A stretch of 64,000 nt of DNA from Candidatus Eiseniibacteriota bacterium (GCA_963725865.1 CAVSAC010000014.1:32001-96000); one strand, 5' to 3'; counted from the stretch's first letter, positions 1 to 11,858 are shown. The notes: a model not told the origin generated them from the sequence alone. Numbers and translations are program-made.

Positions 1-1266
1 GGAAAACGGCCGCACCTACGTCGGCGACTACAGCTACGGCATCTGGGAAATCGACGGCGTGAACGGCACGCCCAAGCTGATCATGAACGAGGTGCCGATC
101 GGTGACCACGCGCTCGGCGGCATCACCTGCCGGGACGGTTGGCTGTACTACGCGGTGGGCGCCCCGACCAATTCCGGCTTTTCCGATCCGGACATCCATG
201 GCTGGACGGATGCGATCGATCCCTACTGGGAAAAGCGCACGACCGCCGGAGTGCCCGCGCTGCCGCGCGATCCGCCCTGCCGGGATATCGTGCTGACGGG
301 GCTCAACATCCGCGACAAGCGAGGGCAACCTCACGGGCGCGTACCTGCCCAAAGGCACGCCTTCCAAGCCGGGTCAGGTGATCAAGGCGCAAAAGCCGTG
401 CGGCGGCGCCATTCACCGGGCGAAGCTGAAACCCGACAGCAGCTACACCGCGCGACGACTGGGAAGTGTATGCGATGGGATTGCGCAATTCGTCCGGTGT
501 CGCCTTCGGTCCCAAGGGCTCGCGGTTCGAGAACGCCCTGGCCGTCAGCGACAACGGGCATAACGACAAGGGCAATCGCCGCGTCGCCAACGGCGCCGAG
601 AAGCTCTTCATCTTCACCGAGAAGGGTCAGGACGCGGGCTTTCCGGACAAGGAAGGCATGAACTTCGTGAACATCAAGCGCTACGGGCCTGACGTCTATC
701 GCGGCAACAAGTTCGACAGCACGCGGCCGAATCCCCAGCTGTACATCGGGGACAAGCCGTTCATTCCGAAGCTGCCGCCCTACCGGTTCATCGACCATTC
801 GATCGGCGTTCGCGGCACTCCGCTGATCGTCGCCAATCCCAACCCCAACGGCTACATCAACCCGGTGATGGAATGGGACACCAACAACCCGATGGACGGG
901 TTGGCCTGGGCGCCGAAGGCCTTCGGTGCGCCGGGGGACACGATCTTCACCGCGGTGTTCGGCATCATCGACAACGGTCCGGAAAGCCTGCGCCCGATGT
1001 GGCCGGCGATCGTGAAGATCGAGTTCCTCAACCCGACCGGCGTCAAGTGGTCGATCTTCGCCGAAAACATCGATCCGGGCCCCAACGCCTACCAGAAGAA
1101 GGAAAACCGGGGCGGGTTCGAGCGCACCAACGACGTCGAGTTCAGCATCGACGGCAAGACCATGTACGTTGCGGACTACGGCGAGCTCTACGTGAACTAC
1201 CAGATGGAATCGCCGTTCTACACGACGCCGAAGTCCGCGGTCGTCTGGACCATCACGAAGGAGTAG
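1..1266 (+). CDS. Glucose/sorbosone dehydrogenase-like (PQQ sugar dehydrogenase-type beta-propeller) protein; 5' end lies outside the window; apparent indels near 325 and 455
   Basis: ORFs 59..661, 378..563 and 466..1266 join into one protein with GDH(ALGGI), GWLYYAVGAPTNSG and EVYAMGLRNSSGVAFGP motifs typical of GSDH-family propellers. Confidence 0.6.
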
Positions 1267-1278
1267 GTCAGGTCAGTC

Positions 1279-1318
1279 TTCCCATCCCGGCGGCTGCGGC
1301 CGCCGGGATGGGAATTTT
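1279..1318 (+). terminator. Rho-independent terminator
   Basis: TTCCCATCCCGGCGGC-tgcg-GCCGCCGGGATGGGAA hairpin followed by TTTT just after the stop at 1266. Confidence 0.75.
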
Positions 1319-1431
1319 CCTGCCGCCCGAGTGTTCTCTGCGACCGATGCGCGAATCCAGGGAAGAGCGACAGCGAACCCCATCGAGCGACATCGCGGGA
1401 CGCGTTCTGTTCAGAAATGCCCATCCGGCGC

Positions 1432-1907
1432 TCACAGCGTAAGCTCGTAACTACCGGTCGTACGGAGCGCTTCTCGCGCAATTCCAGAAGAATCGGGTCT
1501 GACGCCAGCGTCCACACCGTTCACCGTCACGGTGGCCGCGAACGTTCCGTCGTCCAGTTCGCGCAGATCATGCAGCACGATGCGCTTGGCCTGGTGGATC
1601 ATGTTGGCGAGCAAGGCATTGAGGCGGTCGCGCACCGCGATGGAGATGGCGTCGTCGCTCGGGCAGTTCGCGAAACGCCGTCGGGACGCACGCGATACAG
1701 TGATTCCGCCGAAGGATGCGGCGGTTCGATCCAGAACCGGCACCAGCCCGCCGATTCACAGCCGCGAAACTCGGCCTCCACCGGTTCGGCGTGCTCTGGG
1801 TGGGGTGCAGGTGGTTCCGCGCAAATTGTCATTGGCACGGACAACAGGCCGAGCAATGCGGCGCCGGCAGCGAGCAGGTTCGGTGACGCTTCGAGTACGA
1901 AGGGCAT
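1432..1907 (-). CDS. Hypothetical exported protein (apparently frameshifted; ends uncertain)
   Basis: ORF 1599..1931 has a hydrophobic N-terminus and CESAGWC; it appears to continue in ORF 1432..1743 (AVRDRLNALLA...FAATVTVNGVD). Confidence 0.35.
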
Positions 1908-2086
1908 GGATGGAGTTATATCAGATTTCACTTTCGGGAGGCAGGCACCAATTGTCCGATTGCTCTAGTCCCGCTTGCCCGGTGTCTGCAGAGCAACTGT
2001 GTCTCGAAGCTGACCGCCAGTGCTTGCGGAGCGAGTCCAGTCTGGTCACCGGGCATCGTTAACCCGCGCATGGATTGAGTCCAACG

Positions 2087-2377
2087 ATGGATGACCACGA
2101 CGCAGAATGCAGTGCAGAGGCGGGAGTTTTTAGGCCCGTGGTCGATCGAAATCGCTGCGAAGGCAAGCAAGCTTGTGTGGCGGTTTGCCCGTATCAGGTC
2201 TTTAGCATGGCTACGGTTCCGCGGGAAGGCAGGCGTGGCCTGACACTAGCTGGGAAAGTGAAAGGCTACGTGCATCAGTGGCATCAGGCCTTCGCCACCA
2301 ACGCGCATGCCTGCCATGCGTGCGGCTTGTGCGTGGCGGCCTGTCCGGAGAATGCGATCACACTCGAGCGCACCTGA
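2087..2377 (+). CDS. 4Fe-4S dicluster ferredoxin-like protein
   Basis: CEGKQACVAVCP and CHACGLCVAACPENAI motifs. Confidence 0.8.
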   Translation: MDDHDAECSAEAGVFRPVVDRNRCEGKQACVAVCPYQVFSMATVPREGRRGLTLAGKVKGYVHQWHQAFATNAHACHACGLCVAACPENAITLERT

Positions 2378-2429
2378 CCTCTCTATCGCGACCGAAGCCG
2401 ACATTCTCTTGATCGCCGGACGCGCCCGG

Positions 2430-2828
2430 CTATTTGGCGCCGGAGGTGGAAAGAGATCGGATGAAGTTGATCAAGTCCCACACGTCGTTGTCGCTCAGTA
2501 TGGTCTTCCACGCCGGCATTAGATTCTTGCCATTGGCAATCCGATAGGCAATCACACCGTCAGGAAATATCGGCGGTGGCGCAAGCTTCGTGAGATCTTT
2601 CGGCCGTGCCGGGAGCGACGCTGCGGCAACTCCATCGCCGAGGCCTCCGGCCCCGTGACAGGCAACACAATTTCGCTCGAAAATACTTTTGCCTCTCGCG
2701 ATCGAGTCCGGCGACCTTGGAATGGGATTCGAGGTAAACGCCGCCTTGAGCAGGTCGGCGTAATAAATGCTCAACCCGATGCAAACGGGGGCTGCGGCGG
2801 CTAAGAGCCATTTGATCTTCACTTGCAT
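2430..2828 (-). CDS. Monoheme cytochrome c with N-terminal membrane anchor or signal
   Basis: NPIP..SIARGKSIFERNCVACHG..G.GDG, distal MP motif (LMPAW), WDLINFIRSL. Confidence 0.85.
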   Translation of the reverse strand: MQVKIKWLLAAAAPVCIGLSIYYADLLKAAFTSNPIPRSPDSIARGKSIFERNCVACHGAGGLGDGVAAASLPARPKDLTKLAPPPIFPDGVIAYRIANGKNLMPAWKTILSDNDVWDLINFIRSLSTSGAK

Positions 2829-2836
2829 ACGTCCCG

Positions 2837-3784
2837 GTGCGAGAAGATCCAACCATACCATATGGTTCCACGGCTCCTAACGAGGCGCGAGATGTGCCGG
2901 CGAGCAACCGGGTCGCGCGGTACAGTGGTGCGGGCCAGATCAGATCCCCGATCATCGAGGCGGTGCAGCGGTTGGAGGCACCAGCCAAGCTTGCCGTGCG
3001 AGTAGGGATAGCCACCGGTCTGGTAGTCATCGGCGAGACCCTCGAGGGGGATGCGACCGAGCCGAAGACGGCGGTGGGGGACACCCCTAATATTGCAGCA
3101 CGCCTGCAGGGGCTCGCCCGGCCCAATGCGGTTGTGATCGGTCCGGTGACCAAGAGCTTGGCGCGAGAAGCCTTCGACTATGAAGACTTGGGTAGCCACG
3201 CACTCAAGGGAATCAGCGAGCAAGTACACGCGTGGGGGGTAGTGGGAATCCGCCCGGAGGAGGCAGAGCAGCATTGCGAAGGCGTCAAGCGTGCTCCGTT
3301 GCTGGTGGGGCGGGACGAAGAGATCGGGCTGCTGCGCCGCGCCTGGCAGCAGAGCAAGGCAGGTCACGGCCAGGTGGTGCTGGTCAAGGGCGAGCCGGGC
3401 ATCGGCAAGTCTGCCTTGGTGGAGACGCTTGTGGCGCAGCTGCGCGAGGAGGGCGCGCCTCGAATCACCATCCGCTGTTCCGCCTATCACACCAATAGCG
3501 CGCTCTATCCGGTCATCGAGCATCTCAAGAAAATGGTCGGCTGGCAGGCAGAGGATGCGCCGGAGGTCAACCTGGCGCGACTCGAGCACAAACTCAAGGA
3601 CGACCGTCTGTCCCTGGAAGAGTTGGTGCGACCCTTCGCATCGCTACTATCGCTGCCGCTGCCTGAGGGTCGCTATCCACCGCTGAACCTCAGCGCGCAG
3701 GACTTGAAGCAGCGCATCCTGGACGACCTCGCAGAGTGGCAATTCGAGATCGCCGAGCGCCGGCCGGCGGTGATGGTGTGGTGA
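2837..3784 (+). pseudogene. Fragment of a class III adenylate/guanylate cyclase-AAA ATPase protein, truncated at both ends
   Basis: VRVGIATGLVV..GDTPNIAARLQ (second half of a cyclase domain only), LVGRDEE and Walker A GEPGIGKS; stops at PAVMVW immediately before the usual EDLHWAD. Confidence 0.7.
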
Positions 3785-3928
3785 GTAAGCACAGGATCTG
3801 AACAGCCCGATGGCTGAGTCTTGTAGGGCGGGTACGGTGCAACCGAAGTAAGCCACCTTATCCCGCGGTGTAGATGTCAGCGTGGGTCAACGCACATCGG
3901 CAACGATGCCCGACGTCCTACTCGAGCG

Positions 3929-4903
3929 CTAACGAAGCGCTTCATCGAGCAGCTCGACCCAATGCCGGACCGGCAGCGTCGTCCCGGTCTGGATGTGAGC
4001 GAGGCAGCCGATGTTGGCGGTGGCGATCACCGCCGGCGACCCCGACGACAGGGCCGCGACCTTGTTTTTGAGCAGACGCTGAGACAGGTCCGGCTGCAGG
4101 ATGGAGTAGGTCCCGGCCGAACCGCAGCACAGATGAGAATCGGGCACTGGCGTCAGCGAGTAGCTGGCTGCCATGAGCAGCGATTCGGCGAGTCCGCGGA
4201 TCTGCTGACCGTGCTGGAGCGTGCAGGGCGAGTGGAAGGCGACCGCTGGCAGGCGCGAAGCGGGGGACGAGAAGTGAGAGGCGAGGGCCTCCCGTTCCGC
4301 CGTCAGAATTTCGGCTGCATCCTTGGTTAATGCCGAGATCTTCTTTGCCTTCTCGCGGTAGCGCTCATCTCGTTGGAGCAGGTGGCCGTACTCCCTCACC
4401 ATGACCCCGCACCCGCTCGCCGTCATGACAATGGCCTCCACGCCTTGCTCGACGTAGGGCCACCACGCGTCGACGTTGCGCCGCATGTAGTCCAGCCCCT
4501 CGTCCTGGGCATTGAGATGATAGGAGAGGGCGCCGCAGCACCCGGCCGCAGCGGCGGGCACGAGCGAAATGCCGATCCTGTCCAGGATGCGCGCCAAAGC
4601 CGGATTGATGGTGGGGGCGATGCCAGGCTGCGCGCAGCCCTGCAGGACCAGCATGCGGCGAGCGTGACGCGGGGCCGGCCAGGGTGTGGCGGCAAGGCGC
4701 TTCGGGATCTTGCGCCTGACTGACCGCGGCAGCAGCGGGCGGGTGAGTTGGCCGAGCTTGAGCAGCGGGTTGAACACTGCGGGCTTCGGGATGACGGCGC
4801 GCAGCGTCGCGCGCTTCAAACGCTCCAAGGGGGTGCGGCGTACCTGTTGCTCGACGATATTGCGGCCGATGTCTACCAGCCGTCCGTACTGCACGCCGGA
4901 GGG
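3929..4903 (-). pseudogene. glcF: Glycolate oxidase iron-sulfur subunit, 5'-truncated
   Basis: PSGVQYGRLVDIGR, GCCGA, FHSPCTLQHG, CCGSAGTYSILQP and TANIGC match GlcF; the N-terminal 4Fe-4S motifs are absent and glcD/glcE are not adjacent. Confidence 0.75.
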
Positions 4904-5097
4904 GCTGCCGATTCAGTTCCAGCCCGCAACGCAGGCGCTTCCGTCGCTCTTGGTTGTGACTGCGCCGCGATCGTGGGCATTCTGGCGGGATGGGCGCAAT
5001 TCGCGGGTTGGAGCTCTCGGGTTGTGATGGCGGCAACCCCATCGCCGCGAATTGTCGCCACTCTGGGATCCAGGATGCGGCGGCACTCGCCAAAGCG

Positions 5098-5664
5098 TCA
5101 GCGGCCCGCGGGGCGTGTGTTGTGGTCGGCGACCGGATGCACCAGCTTGTAGCTCGCGAACGTGGCCCACGCCCCGTCGCGCCCTTGCGCCTCGAGCAAC
5201 AGGGACCACGCCCGCGAATCCGGATCGAACGTGAACGTGTCGCGGAAAGCGCCCTCCGTATAAGGGAAATGGATGATCAGCCGCCGTCCGTCGCGCCTGC
5301 CGGTCGCGACCACGCGCGCGCCACCTGCGCCGAATCGATCCAGCCAATGCGATACGTAGTCGCCGGCCTTGGCATCGAAGCCGATGAAGACGTCGGCCTC
5401 GTATTTCGGCGGCACCGCGACATCGGCCATGTGCAGCCGCAGGAAGCCGCCTTGAAGGACGCGCTCGCCGTGCGCGCGATACCGCACCGGCTGACCCCTC
5501 ACCATGCCGACCATATCCCAGTCGCCCTGGAGCCCATCGAGATACGCGTTGTCCGGTGAGGCCATATCCTCAGCGCGCCCGAGCTGACCGACGCTTGCCG
5601 CGACGACGAGGACGCACGCGCAAACCGCAGCGCGACCGGGATGGGAGGACCGGGTGATCGCCAT
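5098..5664 (-). CDS. Exported DUF1579-like protein
   Basis: Signal-like N-terminus, then LDGLQGDW...VLQGGFL...FIGFD..AGDYVSHWLDRFG pattern. Confidence 0.55.
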   Translation of the reverse strand: MAITRSSHPGRAAVCACVLVVAASVGQLGRAEDMASPDNAYLDGLQGDWDMVGMVRGQPVRYRAHGERVLQGGFLRLHMADVAVPPKYEADVFIGFDAKAGDYVSHWLDRFGAGGARVVATGRRDGRRLIIHFPYTEGAFRDTFTFDPDSRAWSLLLEAQGRDGAWATFASYKLVHPVADHNTRPAGR

Positions 5665-5780
5665 GGGGCAACTCGCGGAGTCCGGAGGCTTCACTATAGC
5701 GTGGCCATCGGATCCCACGCATTTCCTGCGACGGATCCCCGGCCGGATTTGCCGCGGCTGGCTGCCTGCGTCGTGCTGCG

Positions 5781-8700
5781 CTACGCGACCTGCCTCGCCT
5801 GCGGCGGGCCACGATAGGGAATGCGCGCCGCGAGCCAATTCAGCCGATCCGAGGGCACGCCGAGCTTCGCCAGGATCTGCATCGCGACTTCCTGCAGGTC
5901 CGGCGCGAACATGAAGTGATAGTGGACGTGAACCGGCGGGACGGGCCAGCCATTCGGGGTCGATCTCTCCCTTTCGAGGCGACGAGATGCAGAGGCACGT
6001 TGTAGCAGGCGGGGTAATGCACGACGCGATCGGTGGCCGCCCAGATCGCGATGGCCAGCACCGCCTGATTGGAACCCCAGTATTCGCTTCCTGCCTGCCC
6101 GACGGGTCCCGTCGACGCGTAGACGTCCATCCCGCTGCCGCGATAGGGTCTCAAGCCGGCCTTCACCGACGCGGTGAAGAGCTCGGCCGTGCGCGTGAAT
6201 ATTCCCTTGTCCCGGCGAGCGACGATCAGGCCGCCGTTGTACGACGCGCGGATGCGCTCGCCGTCGATCGTCGCGTGGATGTAGGGTAGCCGATCGATCG
6301 GAATCCCGCCCATTGCGGCGAGAGCGACCCAATAGTCCTCGAAGGGGTCGCCCGGACCCCGGGATGCGCTTCCCTTGGCGTCCACGGGCCTGACGGCAAC
6401 GTCGGCGTCGGTCGGGAGCTCGGGCTCGTCGAGGTAGACCGTATCGCTATCCAGGACGACCATGAAGTCGGAGTCGGAATGCTGTTCGGCCCAGGCTCCG
6501 GCGTACACGCGGTTCGCGGAGCCGTACTCGGTGCACGTGGTGTTGAGGGGCTCGTCGACGTACTCGACGCCGAGATCCGCCAACGCACCGCGCGTGTCGC
6601 GATCGACGGCCAGTCCCGCGCGCGGCGAAAAGGCCAGGATCCGCGCATTGCGGTAGCGCCCGCCGAATTGGCGGATGCTCTCGCACAGCAGCAGCGCCTG
6701 ATCGCGGATCGCGTTGTTCTCGATGCACAGGACGAACGTTGCCGTGGCACCGGATGCGCTGGGCCGACCCTCGAGGCTGTCGGCAGGACGGCGGTCCGGT
6801 GCGCGAGACGTCGGCGCGATCGTTGCGTCCTCGTCGCACCGCGCGAGGATGGTACCGTACAGGGCGCGAATCTCGGCGCTGGCGGGATGGGACGGCAAGG
6901 CGTCGAGCGCCGCGTCGTCCGACCGCTGCCGGCGCAGACCCGGCACCAGGAATCGGTCGACCTCGTCGGCGCGGCCGACTGCGTCGAGCGCGACGCCGAG
7001 ACGCTCGGCGATCCGGCCGACGACGCCGCGCCAGTCGTCGAGCAGGTCGGTGTACCGGACGTACATGACGTCGGGCACCGAGTCCAGGAACTCGGTGCCC
7101 CGCTTCATGTAGTTGAGCCACAGCGCCAGCCCTTCCGGCACCGACATGTCGCCGCGGGCATGCAGCGACTGCGCGACTTCGAGCGGATCGCGAACGGGGA
7201 CGACGTACACTGGCCGATAACCGGCGCCGGTCAGCGCGCGATGCCACAGCGGCGCCAGCACGCACATGCGCGGATCCTTGAGCAGGATCGTCGGCTCGTT
7301 CCCGTACTCCGACGCCAGCAGCGCGCGCGCGTCGCTGTCGAACTCGTCGGTGATCGCGGTGTTGTCGGGCAGCCGAAAGTCGACGTGGTCCCACGCGCCG
7401 CCCAACTGGCGCAGGACGCGGTTGTCGAGGTTGACGACCGCTTCCGGCTCCCAGGATCCCTTCGGATTCATGCGGAGCTTCGCGCGCCGCAAGTTGGGCG
7501 GAAGGTACGCGCCGCAAAGATTGAGCACGCGGGCCAGCGCCGAGCTGCCGCTGCGGTGCATGCCGAGCACGACCACGGCCGTCTGGCGCAGCCCCGGCGC
7601 CGTGGCGGCCGCGCGCTCCCGCGCCGGCGTACGCGGTTGCATTGCCCGCGGGCTCGCATCCTGGTCGCACCGCGCGAGGCATGCCCGATGCAGCGTGCGG
7701 ATCTCGGCGTTGGCCGGATGGGACGGCAAGGCGTCGAGCGCCGCGTCGTCCGACCGCTGCCGGCGCAGACCCGGCACCAGGAATCGGTCGACCTCGTCGG
7801 CGCGGCCGACTGCGTCGAGCGCGACGCCGAGACGCTCGGCGATCCGGCCGACGACGCCGCGCCAGTCGTCGAGCAGGTCGGTGTACCGGACGTACATGAC
7901 GTCGGGCACCGAGTCCAGGAACTCGGTGCCCCGCTTCATGTAGTTGAGCCACAGCGCCAGCCCTTCCGGCACCGACATGTCGCCGCGGGCATGCAGCGAC
8001 TGCGCGACTTCGAGCGGATCGCGAACGGGGACGACGTACACCGGCCGATAACCCGCGCCGGTCAGTGCGCGATGCCACAGCGGCGCCAGCACGCACATGC
8101 GCGGATCCTTGAGCAGGATCGTCGGCTCGTTCCCGTACTCCGACGCCAGCAGCGCGCGCGCGTCGCTGTCGAACTCCTCGGCGATCGCGGTGTTGTCGGG
8201 CAGTTGAAAGTCGACGCGGTTCCAGGCGCCACCCAATTGGCGCAGGACCCGATCGTTGAGGTCGACGATTGCTTCCGGCTCCCAGTATCCGGCGGGATTC
8301 TGCGTGGCGCTCGGCGGCAGCACCTGCGGCGGCAGGTACGCGCCGCAAAGATTGAGCACGCGGGCCAGCGCCGAGCTGCCGCTGCGGTGCATGCCGAGCA
8401 CGACCACGGCCGTCTTGCGCAGCCCAGGGGCCGTCACGGCCGGTCCCGCCGCCGACGGTGCAGGCGAGTGGCTCGCCCGCAGGTCTTCGGCGAGGCGGCG
8501 CATCGTCGGAACGGGCACGATCGTCCCCCGTCCCGCCGCCAGAACGCGCGTCAGCAGCAGTGCCCGGTTGCCAGGCCATTGCGGAGCGAGGGGGTTGGTG
8601 CAGGGTTCTGCGCCGGAAAGTGCGGTCGCGATGAATGCGGACAACGTCCGGTCGGCTTCCTCGGCATTCCGCCGTCGCGCTTCGGGGATCGTCCCGTCGC

Positions 8701-9763
8701 CACCGCCACGATGGAAATAGAGGGGGCGGCGCACGACTCTGGGCTCCGCCAGCCCGGCAGCCCGCAGGCAGAAATCCCATTCGTACTGGACGGGCAGGTC
8801 CCGAAATCCGCCGACCGAGCGAAAGAAGTCGCGCTCGACGAAGAGGTTGCCGGCGGTCACGGCAACGTTGGATTGCAGCAAGTCGAAGCTGTTCGTCGTG
8901 CTTCCCGGCAGACTGGCCTGGAGTTGCCCCGTGCCTGCCGCAGGAGGTGCGTTCCCGGCGCCGGCGGACTCCCGATCTGCGGAGACCCCGGAAACAAGCG
9001 AGTAGCCCCACAGGACGCCGGTACGGGCGATCCCGTCCACCAGCGCCGCGACGCGACCCGGCGCGTAGTCGTCGTCGCCGTCCAGGAACGCGACGAACTT
9101 TCCACGCGCAAGTGAAGCCCCCTCGTTGTAAGTGGCTGGCGCGCCCTGGCTTGTCCGCGCGACGAAGCGCGTCGGGATCGAAACGCCGGAAAGGCACTCG
9201 CGAACGACTTCGACGGTACGATCGCGCGATCCGTCGTCGATGACGACGAGCTCGATGTTCGAATAGCTTTGCGCGACGACCGAGGAGATCGCTTGCGCAA
9301 CGCGTTGCGCGTGGTCGTGAGCACGCACGACCACGGTCACCAGCGGGCAGTCGCCGGTCTGTGCCTGGCTGTGCGATCGTTCCCATGCCAGGAACTCCGG
9401 CACGAGTTCCGTCTGCCGGTCGTTGGCTTCGCGCGCCAGCAGTTTGGCGATCGCCAGGCCCAGATTGTGGCGCACCTCGGGGACGGCCCAATCCGTCCTC
9501 TCCGCGGCGTCGAGCAGGATGTCGAGCGCGTCGCGATACCGCATTCGCTCCAGCAGGACCACGCCGAGCATGTGGCGGGCGTCGACGTCGTCCGGGTTCT
9601 CGTCCAGGGCGCGCCGATAGAGGGATTCGGCGTGCCGAAGCGAGCCGGTCCGGTGCGCCGCCAGGGCCAGGGAGCGCGTCGGCACGCTCGCCTGCCCGTT
9701 CGCACCGCAGCAGTGTTTGAACCTCTTTCCGCTGCCGCAGGGGCAGGGTGCATTGCGATTCAT
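5781..9763 (-). CDS. Multidomain protein: SEC-C motif, TPR, GT2 glycosyltransferase, two tandem sulfotransferase-like domains and a C-terminal GT-A-like domain (indel near 5960)
   Basis: RNAPCPCGSGKRFKHCC; TPR (AESLYRRAL..NPDDVDARHMLG); ELVVIDDGSRD and VAFLDGDD; two copies of VVLGMHRSGSS...LLKDPR...RDPLEVAQSL; VVLDSD...YNGGL; the C-terminus continues in ORF 5781..6332 (HVHYH). Confidence 0.8.
6833..8441. repeat. Intragenic tandem duplication, period 831 bp (277 codons), encoding the sulfotransferase-like domain
   Basis: About 6833-7610 aligns with about 7664-8441 at a constant offset of 831; 6885-7210 versus 7716-8041 looks identical by eye. Confidence 0.9.
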
Positions 9764-9781
9764 AGCGAGCAAATACGAGAC

Positions 9782-10375
9782 CTAGAACCGATATCCGAAG
9801 TGGCGGATATCGCGCGCGAATCGACTGGCGACGATGTCCCGGGTCTCGTCCGTGTAGTAGTCGCGGTAGCCCGAATGAGCGGAACCGTTGGCGCGAGGGA
9901 GATCGTACGCAAGCGCGAGCCTGTTCTTCACGATTGCATAGTCATCCGCCAGCGTCTCGTAGCGACCGACGAAATCCACCATGAGATTCCCGTCGGGGTC
10001 GGCGACAAAATCAACCTGGTTGCGGGTGGTCCTTTCGCCCAACCCCGTCGTGGTCCGGGTGATGAAATCCGTGAACGTCGGAGCATTGTCGATGACGTAC
10101 CGCTGGAACTCGTTGGGCGCGGGCCCTTGCAGGCACATGAAATACCACGATACCAGCCGATCCCAGGGATTTCGCACAAACGCGAACCGGTAATAGGCGT
10201 TCCAGATTTCCGGCCCCACGATCGCCCGCATCTCGCGGGCCGTCAGATGAATTCTGCCGTTGTGCGAATCGCCGGCGATCGACGGGTCCTCCCTTCGCAA
10301 CGCCAATTCGATGGACGTTCCTGCGGTTCTCTGAATATGGACGAAGATGGCCTTCGTCTTGTGGGAAATGATCAT
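9782..10375 (-). CDS. Sulfotransferase family 2 protein
   Basis: FVHIQRTAGTSI (5'-PSB-like), FAFVRNPWDRLVSWY (3'-PB), DFVGRYETL, YRDYY. Confidence 0.85.
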   Translation of the reverse strand: MIISHKTKAIFVHIQRTAGTSIELALRREDPSIAGDSHNGRIHLTAREMRAIVGPEIWNAYYRFAFVRNPWDRLVSWYFMCLQGPAPNEFQRYVIDNAPTFTDFITRTTTGLGERTTRNQVDFVADPDGNLMVDFVGRYETLADDYAIVKNRLALAYDLPRANGSAHSGYRDYYTDETRDIVASRFARDIRHFGYRF

Positions 10376-10499
10376 CGGCAGCGCCTGTCGCGGCGCCGGC
10401 CCGCGCGGATCGGCGCTCCTTTCCTGGTTTCCGTTCGCATTCTAAAGCAATGAGGCGATTTCCCACGCCTTGGTCGAGCGCGCCGACCGACAGGATCGC

Positions 10500-10514
10500 G
10501 CGACATTCCGCCGC
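10500..10514. promoter_or_regulatory. RegA/RegR-type binding site
   Basis: GCGAC-attcc-GCCGC is the reverse complement of GCGGC-N5-GTCGC; lies upstream of the cytochrome operon. Confidence 0.55.
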
Positions 10515-10638
10515 GCTTCAATTGGCCTATCAACGCGATTGCCTCTCAGTCACGGATCTCCGCCTAACCGCGAAGTGTCGCTGTGTTGCGACGCAGCGTT
10601 GTATCCGCAATCGGCCGCGGGTCCGAATGCCGCAAATA

Positions 10639-10652
10639 TTGACCGTCGTCAA
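10639..10652. promoter_or_regulatory. FNR/CRP-family box
   Basis: TTGAC-cgtc-GTCAA palindrome upstream of the mtoD-like gene. Confidence 0.7.
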
Positions 10653-10788
10653 CACCATGGATCCAAGTCGGGCAGACAGTTTGCCGGGTCGACGCAGCGC
10701 CGTATGCGACCGTATCCATCGAACCAGGTTCCTGTCCTCGGCGGCATTCGCCCGTGCTGAACCGGATATCTTCCTAGGAGAACCAACC

Positions 10789-11136
10789 ATGATGCCAATC
10801 CGCAACTCCGCATTCGTCCTGGGGCTGTCGGCGGCAAGCCTGCTCGCGTTTCCGTCCGTCGCGTCCGCCGTCGATGCCGGCGCCGCGCAATCGCTCGCCC
10901 GCCAGAACAAGTGCTTCAACTGCCATGCCGTCGACAAGAAGAAGGAAGCCCCGGCGTGGAAGGAGGTCGCGGCGAAGTACAAGGGCAAGCCCGATGCGGA
11001 GGCGAAGCTCGTCACGCATCTCACGACCGGACCCAAGGTGAAATTCGACGACGGTCACCAGGAGGATCACCCGATCCTCAAGACCAAGAACCAGGACGAC
11101 ATCAAGAATCTCGTTGCATGGATCTTGTCGCTCTAG
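10789..11136 (+). CDS. mtoD: Periplasmic monoheme class I cytochrome c, MtoD-like (probably bis-His)
   Basis: AGGAG RBS, signal peptide, CFNCH, KFDDGHQEDH and IKNLVAWILSL resemble Sideroxydans MtoD as I recall it; no Met in the mature chain. Confidence 0.75.
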   Translation: MMPIRNSAFVLGLSAASLLAFPSVASAVDAGAAQSLARQNKCFNCHAVDKKKEAPAWKEVAAKYKGKPDAEAKLVTHLTTGPKVKFDDGHQEDHPILKTKNQDDIKNLVAWILSL

Positions 11137-11190
11137 ATGTACCTGGCTTGGCGGTAAGCCGCTTGCCACTGCCACGGCGCGAGGACTGTC

Positions 11191-11858
11191 GTGAACATCA
11201 ATTCACATAAGTCATGGCACTCGTCAGTTCGCGCGGTCGGGATAAGGGACGCGATCGTAGGCGCCGTGGCGCTCGCGTTCTGGCTTTTTCCCGCTGTTGC
11301 ATGGGCCCAGCAACACGACCGCACCGGGAAGGACATCGTCGAGACGTCGTGCATTGCGTGCCACGGCACGGGCGCAAACGGGGCGCCGAAGATCGGCGAC
11401 AAGAAAGCGTGGGAGAAGCGCGCGGCGCAGGGACTGACTGGCCTTGACCAAGAACGCGCTGTCCGGGCTCCGGCAGATGCCCTCCCACGGCGGCAATCCC
11501 GAATCTCAGCGACACGGAAATCGAGCGTGCCATCACCTACATGGTCAATCAGTCCGGTGGCCACTGGACCGAGCCGATCAGCAGGACGGAGCGGACGGCC
11601 GATCGCACCGGCGAGCAGATCTACCAGGCGCAGTGCCACAAGTGCCACGAGACGGGCGTCGGCGGGGCACCGAAGATCGGCGACCGTGCCGCCTGGATAC
11701 CACGGGTCAAGCAGGGCCTCGATGTCGTGGTCCGGTCGGCAATCAAGGGGCATGGGGCCATGCCGCCACGCGGCGGCATGGCCGATCTCACCGACGCCGA
11801 GATGCGGAGTGCGGTCGTCTACATGTTCAACTACGGTACGACGCCGGCGAAGAAGTGA
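11191..11858 (+). CDS. Diheme cytochrome c5 (indels near 11440 and 11500)
   Basis: Two c5 domains: CIACHGTG..GAPKIGDKKAW...MPSHGG and CHKCHETG..GAPKIGDRAAW...AMPPRGG. Confidence 0.85.

Noticed and set aside
3785..3928. REP or IS end between the two truncated genes (TGTAGGGCGGGT...)
   Set aside because: Only a short resemblance, with no matching inverted partner or second copy in the window
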